Below are positions 1 through 40,500 of a stretch of DNA of 64,000 nt, piece by piece. Source of the stretch: Lingula anatina (Eukaryota > Animalia > Brachiopoda); assembly GCA_051362555.1 (NCBI GenBank), contig CM120641.1, forward strand, positions 8,370,001 to 8,434,000. Direction: 5' to 3'. Position 1 is the stretch's first letter, and every line of letters begins with the position of its first letter. The position numbers were made by a program, and so were the translations under genes. The notes under the pieces are model-generated. The model made no database searches. It saw nothing but the letters and a program-made list of their open reading frames with translations, and had not been told where the DNA came from.

Positions 1-151
1 ATGCGATCTGACACACACACCTTGAAAACGGGTAGTGTGGTCTGATCTACCGGTGAATTCAGGATCATTCGGTGCCAAGTCTGGTAGTTGGGTAGGCCTG
101 AATTTTCTCGGTAAGAAAGTTTATTTGCATATCTTGAATACGTGCAAGGTG

Positions 152-357
152 CAGCAGCGGATTTAGAGACGGGGTCAAGGGGGTCCTGACCTCCCCTTCA
201 ATTTCTGGTCCCCTCTTGAAATTAGAATTTTGACTAGCTGAATCATAGTTTTAAACCGTACCCAATGGCACCATTCGCCCTCTAAAATACCAAAATTTTT
301 TAGGGCCCGCTTTTCGCATCCACGGAACCCACTTTAAATAATCCTAGATCCGAGCCT
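152..357. mobile_element. MITE-like non-autonomous DNA element (CAGYRGCGGAT...ATCCG termini family), copy 1
   Basis: Starts cagcagcggatttag and ends cctagatccgagcct (imperfect inverted termini). The internal ~110 bp (ggtcccctcttgaaattagaattt...cgccctctaaaat) is repeated at about 1097-1198. Confidence 0.55.
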
Positions 358-1019
358 TAGGTGCTAAATGGAGAAAGTTTAATGCCCATGAACGTTATCC
401 ATTTTTTTTTCATTATTATTCTTCATTATGTAAGATTAAAATAGAGCTTAAAATTTTGTCCTGAAAATAAATCTTACCCTGTAACACGCTGTGCATAGTT
501 AAGTTAAGTGCAACAGAGCAAAGTTTGTAGAGTTGACACAAGATTGTCAGTAGATGATGATATTAAATGGATATTACATGGAGATGAAAGTCCATGTTTT
601 TGGCAACGTTATCACGCCGGAGTATTTGCATGTCCGTATCAAGGCTTCGTCACACGTTTGGGATCTCACTAGATAACTCAGATAACTGCATACAAATCAA
701 TTAAACCGGGGGCCAGTTGACCGGGGACGAGAAGAAGTGTGACACGAAGTAAGTTTGTCGTCTTATTTTTCATAATTTTTATCTACATGTAGCCTCGCTG
801 CAGTATATTTCTTTATTATTTAATTAGTTATGCCCCAACCCCCGGTAGTTTATGTTAAGAACAACTTATATTATGTACCTCTGAGTTTGACGCTTACAGC
901 AAGATATCTGGATTCAATAATCACCTCCTAGGCATCATTTGATCCACAAATCTACATTAATTGTTGTATCCACACTGCAAGCAGTTCGGTGTTTACTTGT
1001 GTTCGCAGATGTAATTAAA

Positions 1020-1217
1020 CAGTGGCGGATTAAGGGCGGGGGGGGGGGGGGAGGGGGGGAGGGGGGGTCCTGACCCCCTCCCCTTCGAATTCTGAAAAAA
1101 ATCACACCAAATATATGGTCCCCTCTTGAAATTAGAATTTTAACTAGCTGAATCATAGTTCTAAACCGTACCAAATGGCACCGTTCGCCCTCTAAAATGT
1201 CATTTTTTCGGGGCCTT
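1020..1217. mobile_element. Second, 3'-truncated copy of the same MITE family, with a poly-G tract
   Basis: Begins cagtggcggattaagggcggggg. Internal sequence is near-identical to 206-310. It explains the spurious Pro-rich ORF 935..1231. Confidence 0.55.
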
Positions 1218-1884
1218 TTGGTTTGTTCCACATCTCAGAAAATATCTTGAATGTTTATTTTAAAAAAACCTTCGTTACGTCTTGATTTTTTTTCTTTTAA
1301 TATTTTAGTCATTAATAAAATCTTCAATTTAGTTCTTTCCATTATTAGCAAGATAATATAGTGACAGGACACAGTCAAATGTGTCAGACGAAACACGATA
1401 AAACAGGATTATCATAGAAAGTAGTTTGCAAAGCCTTCATTACCGGGTATTGTAAAAAATATATACTTGAGGTTGAGGACAAAATGTGTCAGTAAAATAA
1501 ATATGCATTTCGTAATACCCCCTTAGTGCAATCTAATTTTTGTAAGTATAAGTGACGTGCAAATAATTTCCAAATGGTTGTTACTTTAAAAAAAATTTGT
1601 TACCAAAATAGGCTAAACCTTTGTTACTTCGTCCTCATACTAGCAAGGCATGAATGAAAAATTTTCAATGATTTATAAAAAAAATTCTAGATTTATCACT
1701 TTCTATCATCAGAGACTTAAAAAAAGTAGAATTCGTGACTATATCTTTAACTTCATTTTTCACTTTTCGCAAAAGTTGATATTATCACACTTTTTAGGTA
1801 AAACATCGACAAGATAATTCAAGGACACAGAGCTGTGTTTTTTTAAAATTAAAATGAAGCTAGTAAGTTAGTTTTGTGATAAAG

Positions 1885-2104
1885 GAGGACAGGGAATACT
1901 TTTTGCGTTCCGCGTGATTGGCCTTATTTTTCGAGCGTGATGAGTTATTTGAGCCCAATATTCTGCGTGAAACGTGATTCAGGAATTTTTGGTGATTGAT
2001 GATTGGCCTGTATATATCTTGGTGATTTATGATTGAGCTGTTTTAATCTTGGTGATTGGTGATGAAGAGGGGGGGGGGGGGAAAGGGGGATATTCCCTAC
2101 CCTC
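1885..2104. mobile_element. MITE-like element with ~14-bp TIRs and internal ~29-bp GTGAT-rich subrepeats (possibly Sola-like)
   Basis: Left end gaggacagggaata matches the reverse complement of the right end tattccctaccctc (gagggtagggaata). Internal repeats read tcttggtgat(t/g)nntgattg. Confidence 0.4.
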
Positions 2105-2662
2105 ATTAAGCACCTAATATAATGATTTTAAAAGTTTTAAAACTGCATCAGTTAAAAAAAAAAGAAATTCGAGAACAAATGTATTGTGTCCATTTCAGAG
2201 GAAGTGCAAGTTTCTGTGATGGTTTCATGGCAAGCATAAAATTAAACCTGAAAAAATATATAGATCTAAATATCTTTGTTCAAATTATACAGTACTTACA
2301 AGAATTTAAACTAGCTTCTCATTTGAACTTACCATCAACTATCTACATGTAAGTCAATCTAAAAGAAATTATATTTATATTTATATTTTATATTTTCTCA
2401 GCCTACGACCTAAGGGATATCTGGTTTGCAGAAAAGTTGAACTATTGGTCTTTATGTAGACTCCTCTGAGTCTATTAATAGATTTCTCTCTGTCTCTGTA
2501 TCTCCCTCTCAGTCTCCCCGCTCCTTTTGGACAACGATCTGTTAAGGAAAAATTGCATCAGTTGCGCCACTGTATTTTGACAAGCTCATTGTGTTCGGCT
2601 CTATTCGGCCATGTCCGGTAAAACCCGTTTAACAGAAGTATCCGGTCAACAGTGTCAAGAAG

Positions 2663-30376
<27,714 letters not shown>

Positions 30377-33300
30377 AATTGTGTTCTGCAAGTTCTGTGC
30401 AATACAGCAGCAAAGGACTTCACCTATAAACAACCTTGATATGTTCATATAGTGATCGTAAGGTCTTGTTGATCTTAACACCTCCTTTGTGTGATAGAAC
30501 CCAATTGCAACATAAAAAAGTATGGTGATACTTGGGGTTTGATTGAAAACTTAATGGTGCTATATTGTAAGTACAAGTAGTAAGTAGTCTTACAAATATT
30601 TCTAAAAATTGTAGTCATATATTTAGATATCTTGCTCAGCCCATTAAAAAGTGTTGAATTTATCAATGATGCAATTCCTATGGGAAACTGCTCTTGATCT
30701 ATCCTAGTGACATCTCAATGTCAGCATAGGAGAACAGGTATTTTCTGTTACATCTGTAATGTGAGAAGCTGGCTGAAGGTCCTTAACAGTATGCACTGTT
30801 GATAGATGTGACTACACTTGTTATTTAAGCAGGGATGCACATGTATGTCCATGCTTGTATACATGCATCTACAAGGCCATACTGACAGCCAAGTATGTGT
30901 AAATGTGTCCAAATATTTATTTTCAAATGAAGCAATAATGTATATAGTATTAAAGAAGAAAATTGGTAAGACATATCCAGGAGTAATTCTATCAGATAAA
31001 GGACAGAGATGCACTCGCTTTATGCAGTAGTCCTGTATATGCAACAACATATGGTAACTGAATTCTTATTTGTACATGTTAAAATCAAAGTGTTTGTTAA
31101 TGCTAGTCAATGGAGAGAAAAGAGAGAAAGCAGTTTTGATTCACTTAAAGGCATAGGGGCAAATTATTGTTGGAAATGTCTCTCATGAAATAGATTTTAC
31201 TTGTCCTATTCATTCATTTCCATCACTTTCCAATGTCAGCTTTATTATGATTGAAGACACTACATCTTCAGATTTAAAATATATATATTTGGTTGTGCCA
31301 ACCAAAATCCATACAGCATCTTGCTATTTTAGGTCACCTAGTTTTGACTGTCAGTGAAATTTGAATCTGTCAAATCTGTAATATGTATACATACTTGCTG
31401 GTAGTAACCAAAGGTATTTTATTTTGATAGTAATAATTTGCTCACTATGTCTTCAATATTTGTATATGTCTAACTTGGGTTTGCTTTTGAATTCCACAAA
31501 CTGCAATTGAGGATGGCTTATCTAGTCTATTATAGGTATTGAAAAGGGCCAAATTGGGCATTGCTTTCAGGTAATTTTCAATAGTTATGAATATTTGGTA
31601 AAAAAAAAAAAACATTGGTAAAATTTGCTGTACTGTATTTCTTGTTTTACAGATTCTGTATGATATATGAGATGTGGTTATGAAAACAGGAGTGCAACAT
31701 GTAGCTTTAATGGGTGTAAGTGAGAAATGTATTTAAAAGTTGAACCCCATATGTTCTTTACATTATTTTGTGCTTTTTTTGGTGCTAAATCATACACGGG
31801 TATCATCAATTTGCACAGCAAATTTATCGGACATTTATATGCTCTACCCTTAGAACTTAGAATGTTGAGTGAGGGAAACCAAGCAAACAATGTGAATCCA
31901 CTTTTAAAAACATCAGAAGTACAATATTTGATAAATAAGGAAGATCATGGCCCATTTTGTCATTTGGTAAAAAGTGCAAAATTGATTGTTTTAGGAAAGC
32001 TACTGTTGCATTTTGCCCAGATGCTTATGTTGTGGGTCACATGATGACATTACATGACACAACACATGACAATACTGAAAACCTTAACACCTTAACACTT
32101 AAATTTGAAAAGACCATAAGACTGTTATATGCAAGTCTTTAAGATTTTAGTCCAATATGCGCCCACAGTGGTTGTGATGGATAACAAAAAAGAGGGTTTT
32201 CAGTAGCAGCTCCAATGTTTTACATTTTACTTTTCAAAAGTAGATGTAGAATTTGGTGGTTTGTAGGGATGATTTCTCCACAGTTGCATTGCATTTCAAG
32301 TGATTTCATTACTACTAATATCATATTTGGTATTTGATTTTGTTTTGTGTGGATACTTCTGTGTTCACATCAACGAAATGAATGTAAAGTAAGTGTTTTC
32401 TGAAACTAGCATGTTGAGAAATTGTGATTTTTTAATTTGAAAAAGATAAGTATTTCAATGTATTCCTTGGATTGGATTGATGTTAACAGCATGTACTTGA
32501 AATTGCAATTATCTATACTTGTACAGTACAAGGGGAAATTTATTTCTTGCAAAAAGATAAAGTTCATGCTGTACAAAGCAATGCAGCAGAAAACAAAAAG
32601 CAATGAAAGGCATGATGAACTAAATATTGCATTTCTGGACTAATTGTGTGAAACTGCTGTAGCCAGTGTGAAGAATCTTAATAGGGCACTGGGCCACATT
32701 TGAACAGTTGTTTTTTGTGTTAGTTAAATGATTTTGTGTAATTATAGCTGCAATGTTGACATCTTTTAAGGGGAGAGAATCTGAATAGAAAGGGACCATA
32801 GACTTTATCCTGCCATACTGGGTGAATTTTCACTCCAAAATTTATTTATCTATGCATAATTACAATTTTACATGCATAAGTACTATTGAACGAATATGCA
32901 CCATGTACAGAGAGTTCTATGTCATATCTTATATTTATAATTGGCCGTTCAGAATGCACATTGATTAGTCCAGTTATTTGACATTATAGATCTCTGGGTC
33001 AATATTTTATTTACTTAGCACTTAGCACATGATTCTGTATGTTAGCTGAGAAAGGATCAGCAAGTGCACCAGGACATAGGCTGTCTGCACTGAGTCCTAC
33101 TGTACTAACCCTAAAGGTCCCTTGATGTGCCTGCTATAGTAATATAATGGCCATAGCACGTTATTTTATTATAATTATTATATTAACTTTAGTGTAAATG
33201 TCATACATTAATTCATCTGATTTTAACCTTAACTAGTTTAGAGTTTCAATTATTGAAAAGACCATTTTGAGTATTCTTCAGTATTTTGTTTCTGTCAGCG

Positions 33301-33557
33301 TGTATAGAGTGGTAGAAGTGGCGCTGTTATCAGTGATAAATGTCACAAAGACCTTATTGTTTAGCTTGGGTCTGAATATTTTATGTGGCACTTTGAGAAT
33401 ACCCACTTAATCTGCAGAAAACGAGTAGCAGGTAAATTCATCGAAACTCCCCCCCCCCCCCCAAAAAAAAAAAAAACGAAAAATGAGAATTATTACAGTA
33501 TAATATGTATTTAGGGGCATTGCCTGTTGAATGTTTTGAATCTTGTTAAATTTCTGA

Positions 33558-33563
33558 AATAAA
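33558..33563 (+). terminator. Candidate polyadenylation signal of the SPATS2-like gene (implies a ~3.2-kb 3' UTR)
   Basis: AATAAA followed by T/GT-rich sequence, just before the CpG-rich promoter of the next gene. Earlier ATTAAA variants exist, so other sites are possible. Confidence 0.45.
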
Positions 33564-33869
33564 CTATCTATTCTTCAATTGTTTTAGTTATACAAGTTTT
33601 TGGCTAAATTAATACTACTTGCTATGTATAATTATTAATGTTCTCGGTAATTTTGGCTATGCTCCTTTCTGGCTCATTTCTAATGTTTTACCATACTATC
33701 TAGCAAAAGATTGAAATATCCATTAATTGAGGTTATTAAAATTATGAATAGAAGTTAACTAATTGGGAAATGTGCATTCCCCAATCTTTTGGTCAGATTG
33801 CGAAGACATGCTCTCTTGACATCGAGTGGTACAGGTATTTAGACTGGTCTACTTCAAGAGACTGACAAC

Positions 33870-34475
33870 TTATGTAAGAGATTCATTTACATAGGGCCCC
33901 GCCTTCGACACGGTTTATCTTTACTTAACTTGTGGGGCACTTGTTAAAGGAAATAAAATGTTCAGGTTAACGAGTAGTAAACGGTCCAAGTTGGTGCATC
34001 GTTTGATGAGAAAATAGCCAAAGATTGTGTTCACAGCTACCGCAATTAACACATTGTATCGATCTGAGCTGAAATGTACACGCTCACGCTTAATCCAACA
34101 CAACCTCTTGTGTCAGTCAGCGCAGCACCCGAGAGAAGTCTGTATTTATATTAAATTAAACGCGGCAAATGGTATTTGATGACTACGTCGAGGAACGAGT
34201 TGGATAGAGGATAATGATAGCTTCGGCAAAATCGACGGATATCTATTTTATTACGGATTTGGCGTTGAAATATTTCTGGTTGACGCTTTTTGCGGAGTTA
34301 TTACTTCACTAACAGCACAAAGGACTGACTGCTGCTAGTGCTACAGCTCTTACATGGGTTAAAATAGAAACCGCGCGATCGGAGGGAATTTAAAGCAGAG
34401 ACCTCTTCACGGTCATTTGAATGGAAGTGTAGGAAATACTTTACAGCAGAATTTGGATTTAACATGTAGGCTGAG
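33870..34475 (+). promoter_or_regulatory. CpG-retaining promoter / 5' UTR of the Elk channel gene; candidate initiator TCAGTC at 34113-34118
   Basis: Sharp local rise in CpG (cgcg, tcgg, acga) upstream of the ATG at 34476. The Inr-like motif is short and only suggestive. Confidence 0.5.
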
Positions 34476-34551
34476 ATGCCGGGAAGGAAGGGACTTCTCG
34501 CGCCCCAAAATACATTTTTGGATACAATCGCTAGGCGTTTTGATGGAACTC
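34476..34551 (+). CDS. KCNH8: Elk channel exon 1 ([28 protein letters not shown] cap); missed by the ORF track
   Basis: Canonical EAG-family N-terminus. 76 nt, with donor C|gtgagt. Confidence 0.95.
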
Positions 34552-37500
34552 GTGAGTATCTTTTATACACTCCGCTTGTATCACTTTAATTCCAATTTTT
34601 TTTTATCTCGTCTGTAGATTTGCTATGTATGTATTTATGTAAACCAAATTACCGAGTTATAGTGAATGTTACTGTTAATGTAGGTCTAGTAATGCGGTCC
34701 CCCAGTCCCTACTTGAACGAGTAGTGTCACCTTGTTTAAACATTGCATCTGTACGTCAGCTACTAATAGTTATTTGCTCTGTGCCTTATTGGATTTGACT
34801 TTGTTTACATAATTACTTGATGAATTGGTCAAATCGGGCCTGGTTTCTGCAGACAATAGTTTCCATTTAAGAAAGAGACAATGCCGATGCAAGTGTTTAC
34901 CCGACTTCCACACATGTTGTGCTATTAAACCTTTGTGATTATTTAGAAAGGTGCGGAAACACCGTCCTCTGCTTATGTGGTATTGGCTTTAATGTGTCAC
35001 TTGTAGTAAAGGCTGCGTTTTTGTGATTGAAGCATTAAATTTATTACTAAAGTTATGAACACATAATGCACTAGAGCTCCATTGTATTTTATATTCCAGG
35101 ATGCCATGCTTTACCTGAGATTATACATAATATTAGCAGTGTGAATGCCAGATGTTTTAAGAGCCTTTTTATCCTATTTTGTTTAAAATGTAGACAGATG
35201 GTTCTCACCCAATAAATGTCAGGTGTATGAATTGAAAGTAAAATGATTTTATGCTCAATTACACAGGTGAGTTTGCAAAAAGATGGCTGGCCCAGCTGTG
35301 GAGGTCTTTTAAGTTACGAGTTTCAATATCAGCAGAATGTCAGAAATGTTCTTGTCAGTACTCTAAAAGATTGAAAAGGGTATTTCAGTATTAATATTGG
35401 AATATGAAAAGCTGACTTAGAAGTAAAATGCAGTCTATATGGTAAATATGCTAAATGCTTGTTTTTTTATCTCACCTTTTTACAAAGGAAGAGAGATGGA
35501 GAGTGAGAAAGAGAAAGAGAGTAAAAACCCAGCAGCAGCTAGAAAGCATATTGCTGCATAGCTTGTTGTCACTCACAAGTTCTTATATATCTTTACCAAG
35601 AAAAATCATAATATTTCCCCTAGGAAATCAAGTCCAAGGAGTGCACAGCTTATTCATTGAAAGCTGTCTATAACTCCTGAATAATGTCTTGGTTTATGGG
35701 CAGACAAATACTTTGTTCACACTCAATTGTGTAACTACTTCACTAGAAAATACTGACTGACTACTGTTTCATAACAAGTGACCCAGGTATAGCCTGGAAT
35801 AGGTATCTAATGAGAGAGAAAGCAGGAAAATGACTTCTAGCGGCTTACGGCTTGCAAAACATGCGATAGACAATAGATCTGCAAAAGCATATAAATTATG
35901 TGTTTACCATTACACAGTTCACATGAGATGTTAATTTAAATTTGTGTGCTAATTGAAAGTGGCAGCATCATGTGAAAAAAAGACAAAAAAAATTGAAAAA
36001 TTCTCATCATTTGAGCAATGGTTATGGTCCTCTCCTATTTGTGATGTTAACAGCAATTTGTCTAGATTTCTGATTTATTGACAATTATTGGGGAGGGGTG
36101 TTAGAGGAGAGGACAAAGCACATATATTCATTTCCCCATAATTGTATAGGATATAGCTAAGAGTTTTTATAATGCCAATCTGTTATAGAAATGATCTGTT
36201 CTTGTATTAAATTGATTGTTCACACAGGGTTATATAACAGTGACTCTGGATACCATTGTCTATCAATTGTATTGATTTATCGTACTTTTGATGGCATATC
36301 TTGCTTCATGATGGCCTTGCAATTTTTCTGCTTTTGGCTGTTTCTACTCAGTTTGACAATGAATAGCAACCCAGCTGTTGTTAATTACTGTGGGACATAA
36401 ACCATTGAAAACAACTCCTCCCACTCAAGTAGAATACTATGAAGGTTTTATGAGGTACATATTCTAGGTGTGAGCATTATTGATTATGTTGTGAGGTGGT
36501 GGCATTTTTTTTCTCCCCTCCTTTTTTATATTCTCACATATCAACAACTGTACACCACAATCGGATCAAAGATTGATTTCAGTATAGTTTTATGTCTCTC
36601 TGAGTTAACTCGTTTCTCTATTTCTTGGTTAAGTATTGTAACTGGTAGGTCTTTTCTGAAGCCATACAACTTTCTGTTGTTTTGACAGAAAAAGATAATA
36701 TGGTATTTATATAAAATTGTGGGAGGGAAAGGTTTGGGTTGTGGTAAACAAAACAAAACAATTCATATGACAGTGAAAAAGAAAGATTTATTGTAAATAT
36801 TTTATATGCTTGCACAAATGTGATAAATTTTTTTTTAAATATGTAATAGGCACATGAAAAGCAAATTTGTGAATAGATTGAGATATGCCAATTGTACTTA
36901 AATGTTGCAAAGAAATTGTTTTAAAATATTCAGAAGGAAGTGAGTGTTTTGTAAAATTAGTAAGAGCATTTTTTGCATAATTTATATCTTAGCCAAGGGT
37001 AAATAATTGCAAACAAGATAAGCCATTTAATGCATTGCAATTAAATTAATTAGATCAATAATGCTTGTAGAATGTTTGTACACTAGCCATTGCTACTTAA
37101 TAATCCAAGCAATATTTAAAATATCTATCCTTATTTGTAAACACACTTATTTGACAACAGAGATAAATAAATAGAAGTGGCACAATCTTTTGTAAAGGAA
37201 AAATAAAATGGTATGTTGAATCTTAAAGGGTACACAATAACATCAAAAATAAAAAAAAGGTATTTTACTTCCAAATAAAGATGATTTATTCTTCATTCAT
37301 GCACCAGTCTCGTGTCCAAGCTCAGACAATCATGTTGCAAAGCTAGAATTAGATATAAAACAGCAAAGGTATAGGTTCAAGTTACTACTGGGATATACTT
37401 CAACTATATCCCAATAGATTCTTTTCAAATTGAAATCATTACTAGGATATCTGGTCAATGTACAGTGAACAGATCAATGTGTCAATCGACATATTTGCCA

Positions 37501-40500
37501 TTCTGACCTGGGAAGTATCAAAAGTGTTTTGTCAGTGAAACCTGTGTCTAGATTGTATGGATGGAGGGTGTTTGTTGCCATATATCGAAGAAATCGTGGC
37601 AACTAGTGGCAGTTAAGAAGCATGCCAAGAACAAAGATGTACCTTGAATTATTGATAAGATATCAAATTTGGAAGTAATGGAGCTCCAGTAGAAAAAAAT
37701 TCAATTACCTTATTTTAAGTTATTATTATTATTATTTTGTAGATGAATTAATTCTTGATGATGTATAATCATTAAATTTGAATCATTATTAAATGCATAT
37801 CACATTAAAACAGTTACCAATCGTCTTGGAAATTGGCAATCTTCCAAAATAAAAGTAAATATTGAGCATAGGGGGAGGAGGGAGATCGTTGCACTGGTAA
37901 TGTTCAGTATTGAAATAATATATCAGATTTATCAATTGGAATTGAAATCATTGAAGATTATCAAATGTTTTTATTATTATAGATGACAGATGTAAATAAA
38001 GTACCAATGTAAGAAATGTGGGCAATGAAATGTTGGGTTCCATATTTAATTCTGCCAAAGATAAAATTCAGTATTTTAGGCAAAATGTCTAAGATACAGA
38101 TGCCACTATAGTAATGATTATTTCCAAAAGCCATAGACATAAAGAGGAGACATATTTGTGTTACCAAGTACATGGCAGTCGGGTAAGTGCCTAAACATAA
38201 GTATGGCACAGCAATTTTACTCATTCTGAAGCAAAACTGAGTGCAAACCAGCGGGTGAATGCACGTAACCAATGTACTTTTGAAGGGATTTTTACTAAAC
38301 ACAGTGTAGAAATAGCACCTGTTTACTCTGACATTTATCTTGGTTAAACTGCTGCAGGTAGTGTATTTGTAAATATTTTATTTGCAAGATGGTGGTGAAA
38401 TTTATCTGAACAAAATTATACCAACCAGGAAACTCCCATGTGGTGTAAACCCCGTGCATGTCCTGGTGTAAGAATAGATACAGTGTTTGACAGGGTTTAT
38501 AGAAGCAGTTGTTTAGTTCTAGATTTACAGTTCAAATAAATATTTGGTTTAGAAATTGATTGCTGTCAAAGTTTATTCGCCCAGTGCAATATGATTTCTC
38601 AGCATCTCGCATGTGTCATATCCAAATGCATACACCCACCTTCTCTCCAATACATCTGATGTCCCACACTTCACCATCGCAACAGATGGAATTTTCACTT
38701 TGTACTGCATGGTTTAAGGACTCACTGCAAAGCCCCTACAATACTCATAATGGAAGACTAATCCAAGACCATTGTCTGAAAATGTAACAGATATTGCTAG
38801 AAATAGGTTTCTGTTATGATTTTATGGATATTCAAATCCATCTTTACAGTAGTTAAATCTTTATACATGTTGTATGAAATGATAAAGAAGAGAAAACTGA
38901 AATTCATTTAATAAGCTGGTGTATCTTTTAAATTATTTACACAATTGATCAGTAGGTGCAAATTGATCCTTATTACATAGTTGTACATTAAAACTGCTGA
39001 AATTACTTGATGTATGAGAAAATATTTTCATTGATTTAGATTTTTATGATTTATTTCAGTTTGAAATGTTTCTTCTTTTATTAAAAAACACATTGATTTG
39101 GAGTACATACTAGTACTAGAGACACTGGTTCACTAACTTTGACCATAAACATAGCCTTATCATATAGGAAATTTCAGTTCTAGTTAGAATGGTGTTGCAC
39201 TCTAAATATTAAACCACATTCCCATAGAGACCAATGATCTACATATATCCATCCAACTCTTGCTGAGTGCAATCAGCTGAACTGAATAACATGCCTCCTC
39301 TTGTTTTAAACATACTCGTATAATCACAAGCTTATCTGTATTTTACCTAAAGCCAGGAAGATGCATGTTAATCTGTTAAACTGATTGCATTCAGCAAGAT
39401 TCACCATGAAGTTGGATCCATCTACATAGACCTATGGTATCTAAGACTGGGTTCGCATGCTTAGATCGATCCATCTGGATCGATCTAACTCCCTGGGGAG
39501 TCTCACTAAATTGCTGTCAACTAACTGGCTTAAATGTCTGTCATGTCTACTGAATCAGCTAGGGGGTAAGGATAATTACCCCCTAACAGCTTTACTAGGT
39601 GTGACAGACATTGAAGCCAGTCAAGTTGACCGCAATCTGTGGGAATGGGACTTAATTGTGAATGGGTACTTAGTCTATGGCTCTGTTCTCACAACTTTTA
39701 GATCGATCTATCACCGCGGGGAGTCTCACTAGATTACTGTCAGATAATCCCCCTTAAGTGTCCGTCCCCGCCTACTACAAGCTTTAAGGGGTAATTAACT
39801 TTCGTGTCCGCCCGGCTGACAGCTATTTAGCGTGAACCCCCAGGGAGTTAGGTCGATCCAATGTAGGTCGATCTAATCTATGAGAATGGGGTGTTTGTTA
39901 AGTAATTGTGATGTCCTAGCTATGACTTTTGTTCATCTCTTTCTGTTCCAAGTAAGCTGTTCACACAGCAATAGAAAAATGTTTGCATAACTTCTTGCAG
40001 AAGTTCCTCTACTGGATGCTTTATATAGGATATACTGTGGCTCACTGATCAGAATTGAACCAGTTGAACTCATAGTTTGTTTTAATTTTATGATTTTTAT
40101 TTAAGGAGTTTTATAAGTTACAGGGTAGCTTAATTGTAAAAAAAGGAGACTTCAACTAATGCATAGAATTGAATTTGTGTATATAAACATTTTGTGCTCT
40201 TTTCACACAGTCAATCACCTGTCAGTAGCATGCATTCAGGCCACGTGCTTTAGCATGTGATTTAAGAAAAGTAAGGGCTATTTTACAAAAAGAGAAAAAA
40301 TGAGAGACAAATCTAATATAAGGAAAGCTTTCAAGCCTACATTAAATTAAAAGGGGTATATAGTGTTTATTCAAAGTGCAGGATAATTATTGACTTACTT
40401 CAGTTTCAAAGCACCACAAGTTGTACAGTAAGATTGCTGTATAATTCCAGGTGTTCTGGGCAGGTGGGCTACTTGATGGGATCTGGGGTTACCCCTAAAC

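Noticed and set aside
34113-34136. RE1/NRSE-like motif (cagcacc) in the Elk promoter
   Set aside because: Only the left half-site partly matches and the GGACAG half is absent.
37310-37420. tRNA-like segment (ggttcaagt) followed by the hairpin ctactgggatata/tatatcccaatag
   Set aside because: No intact cloverleaf or clear A-box. At best a SINE remnant, so it is not called as a tRNA.
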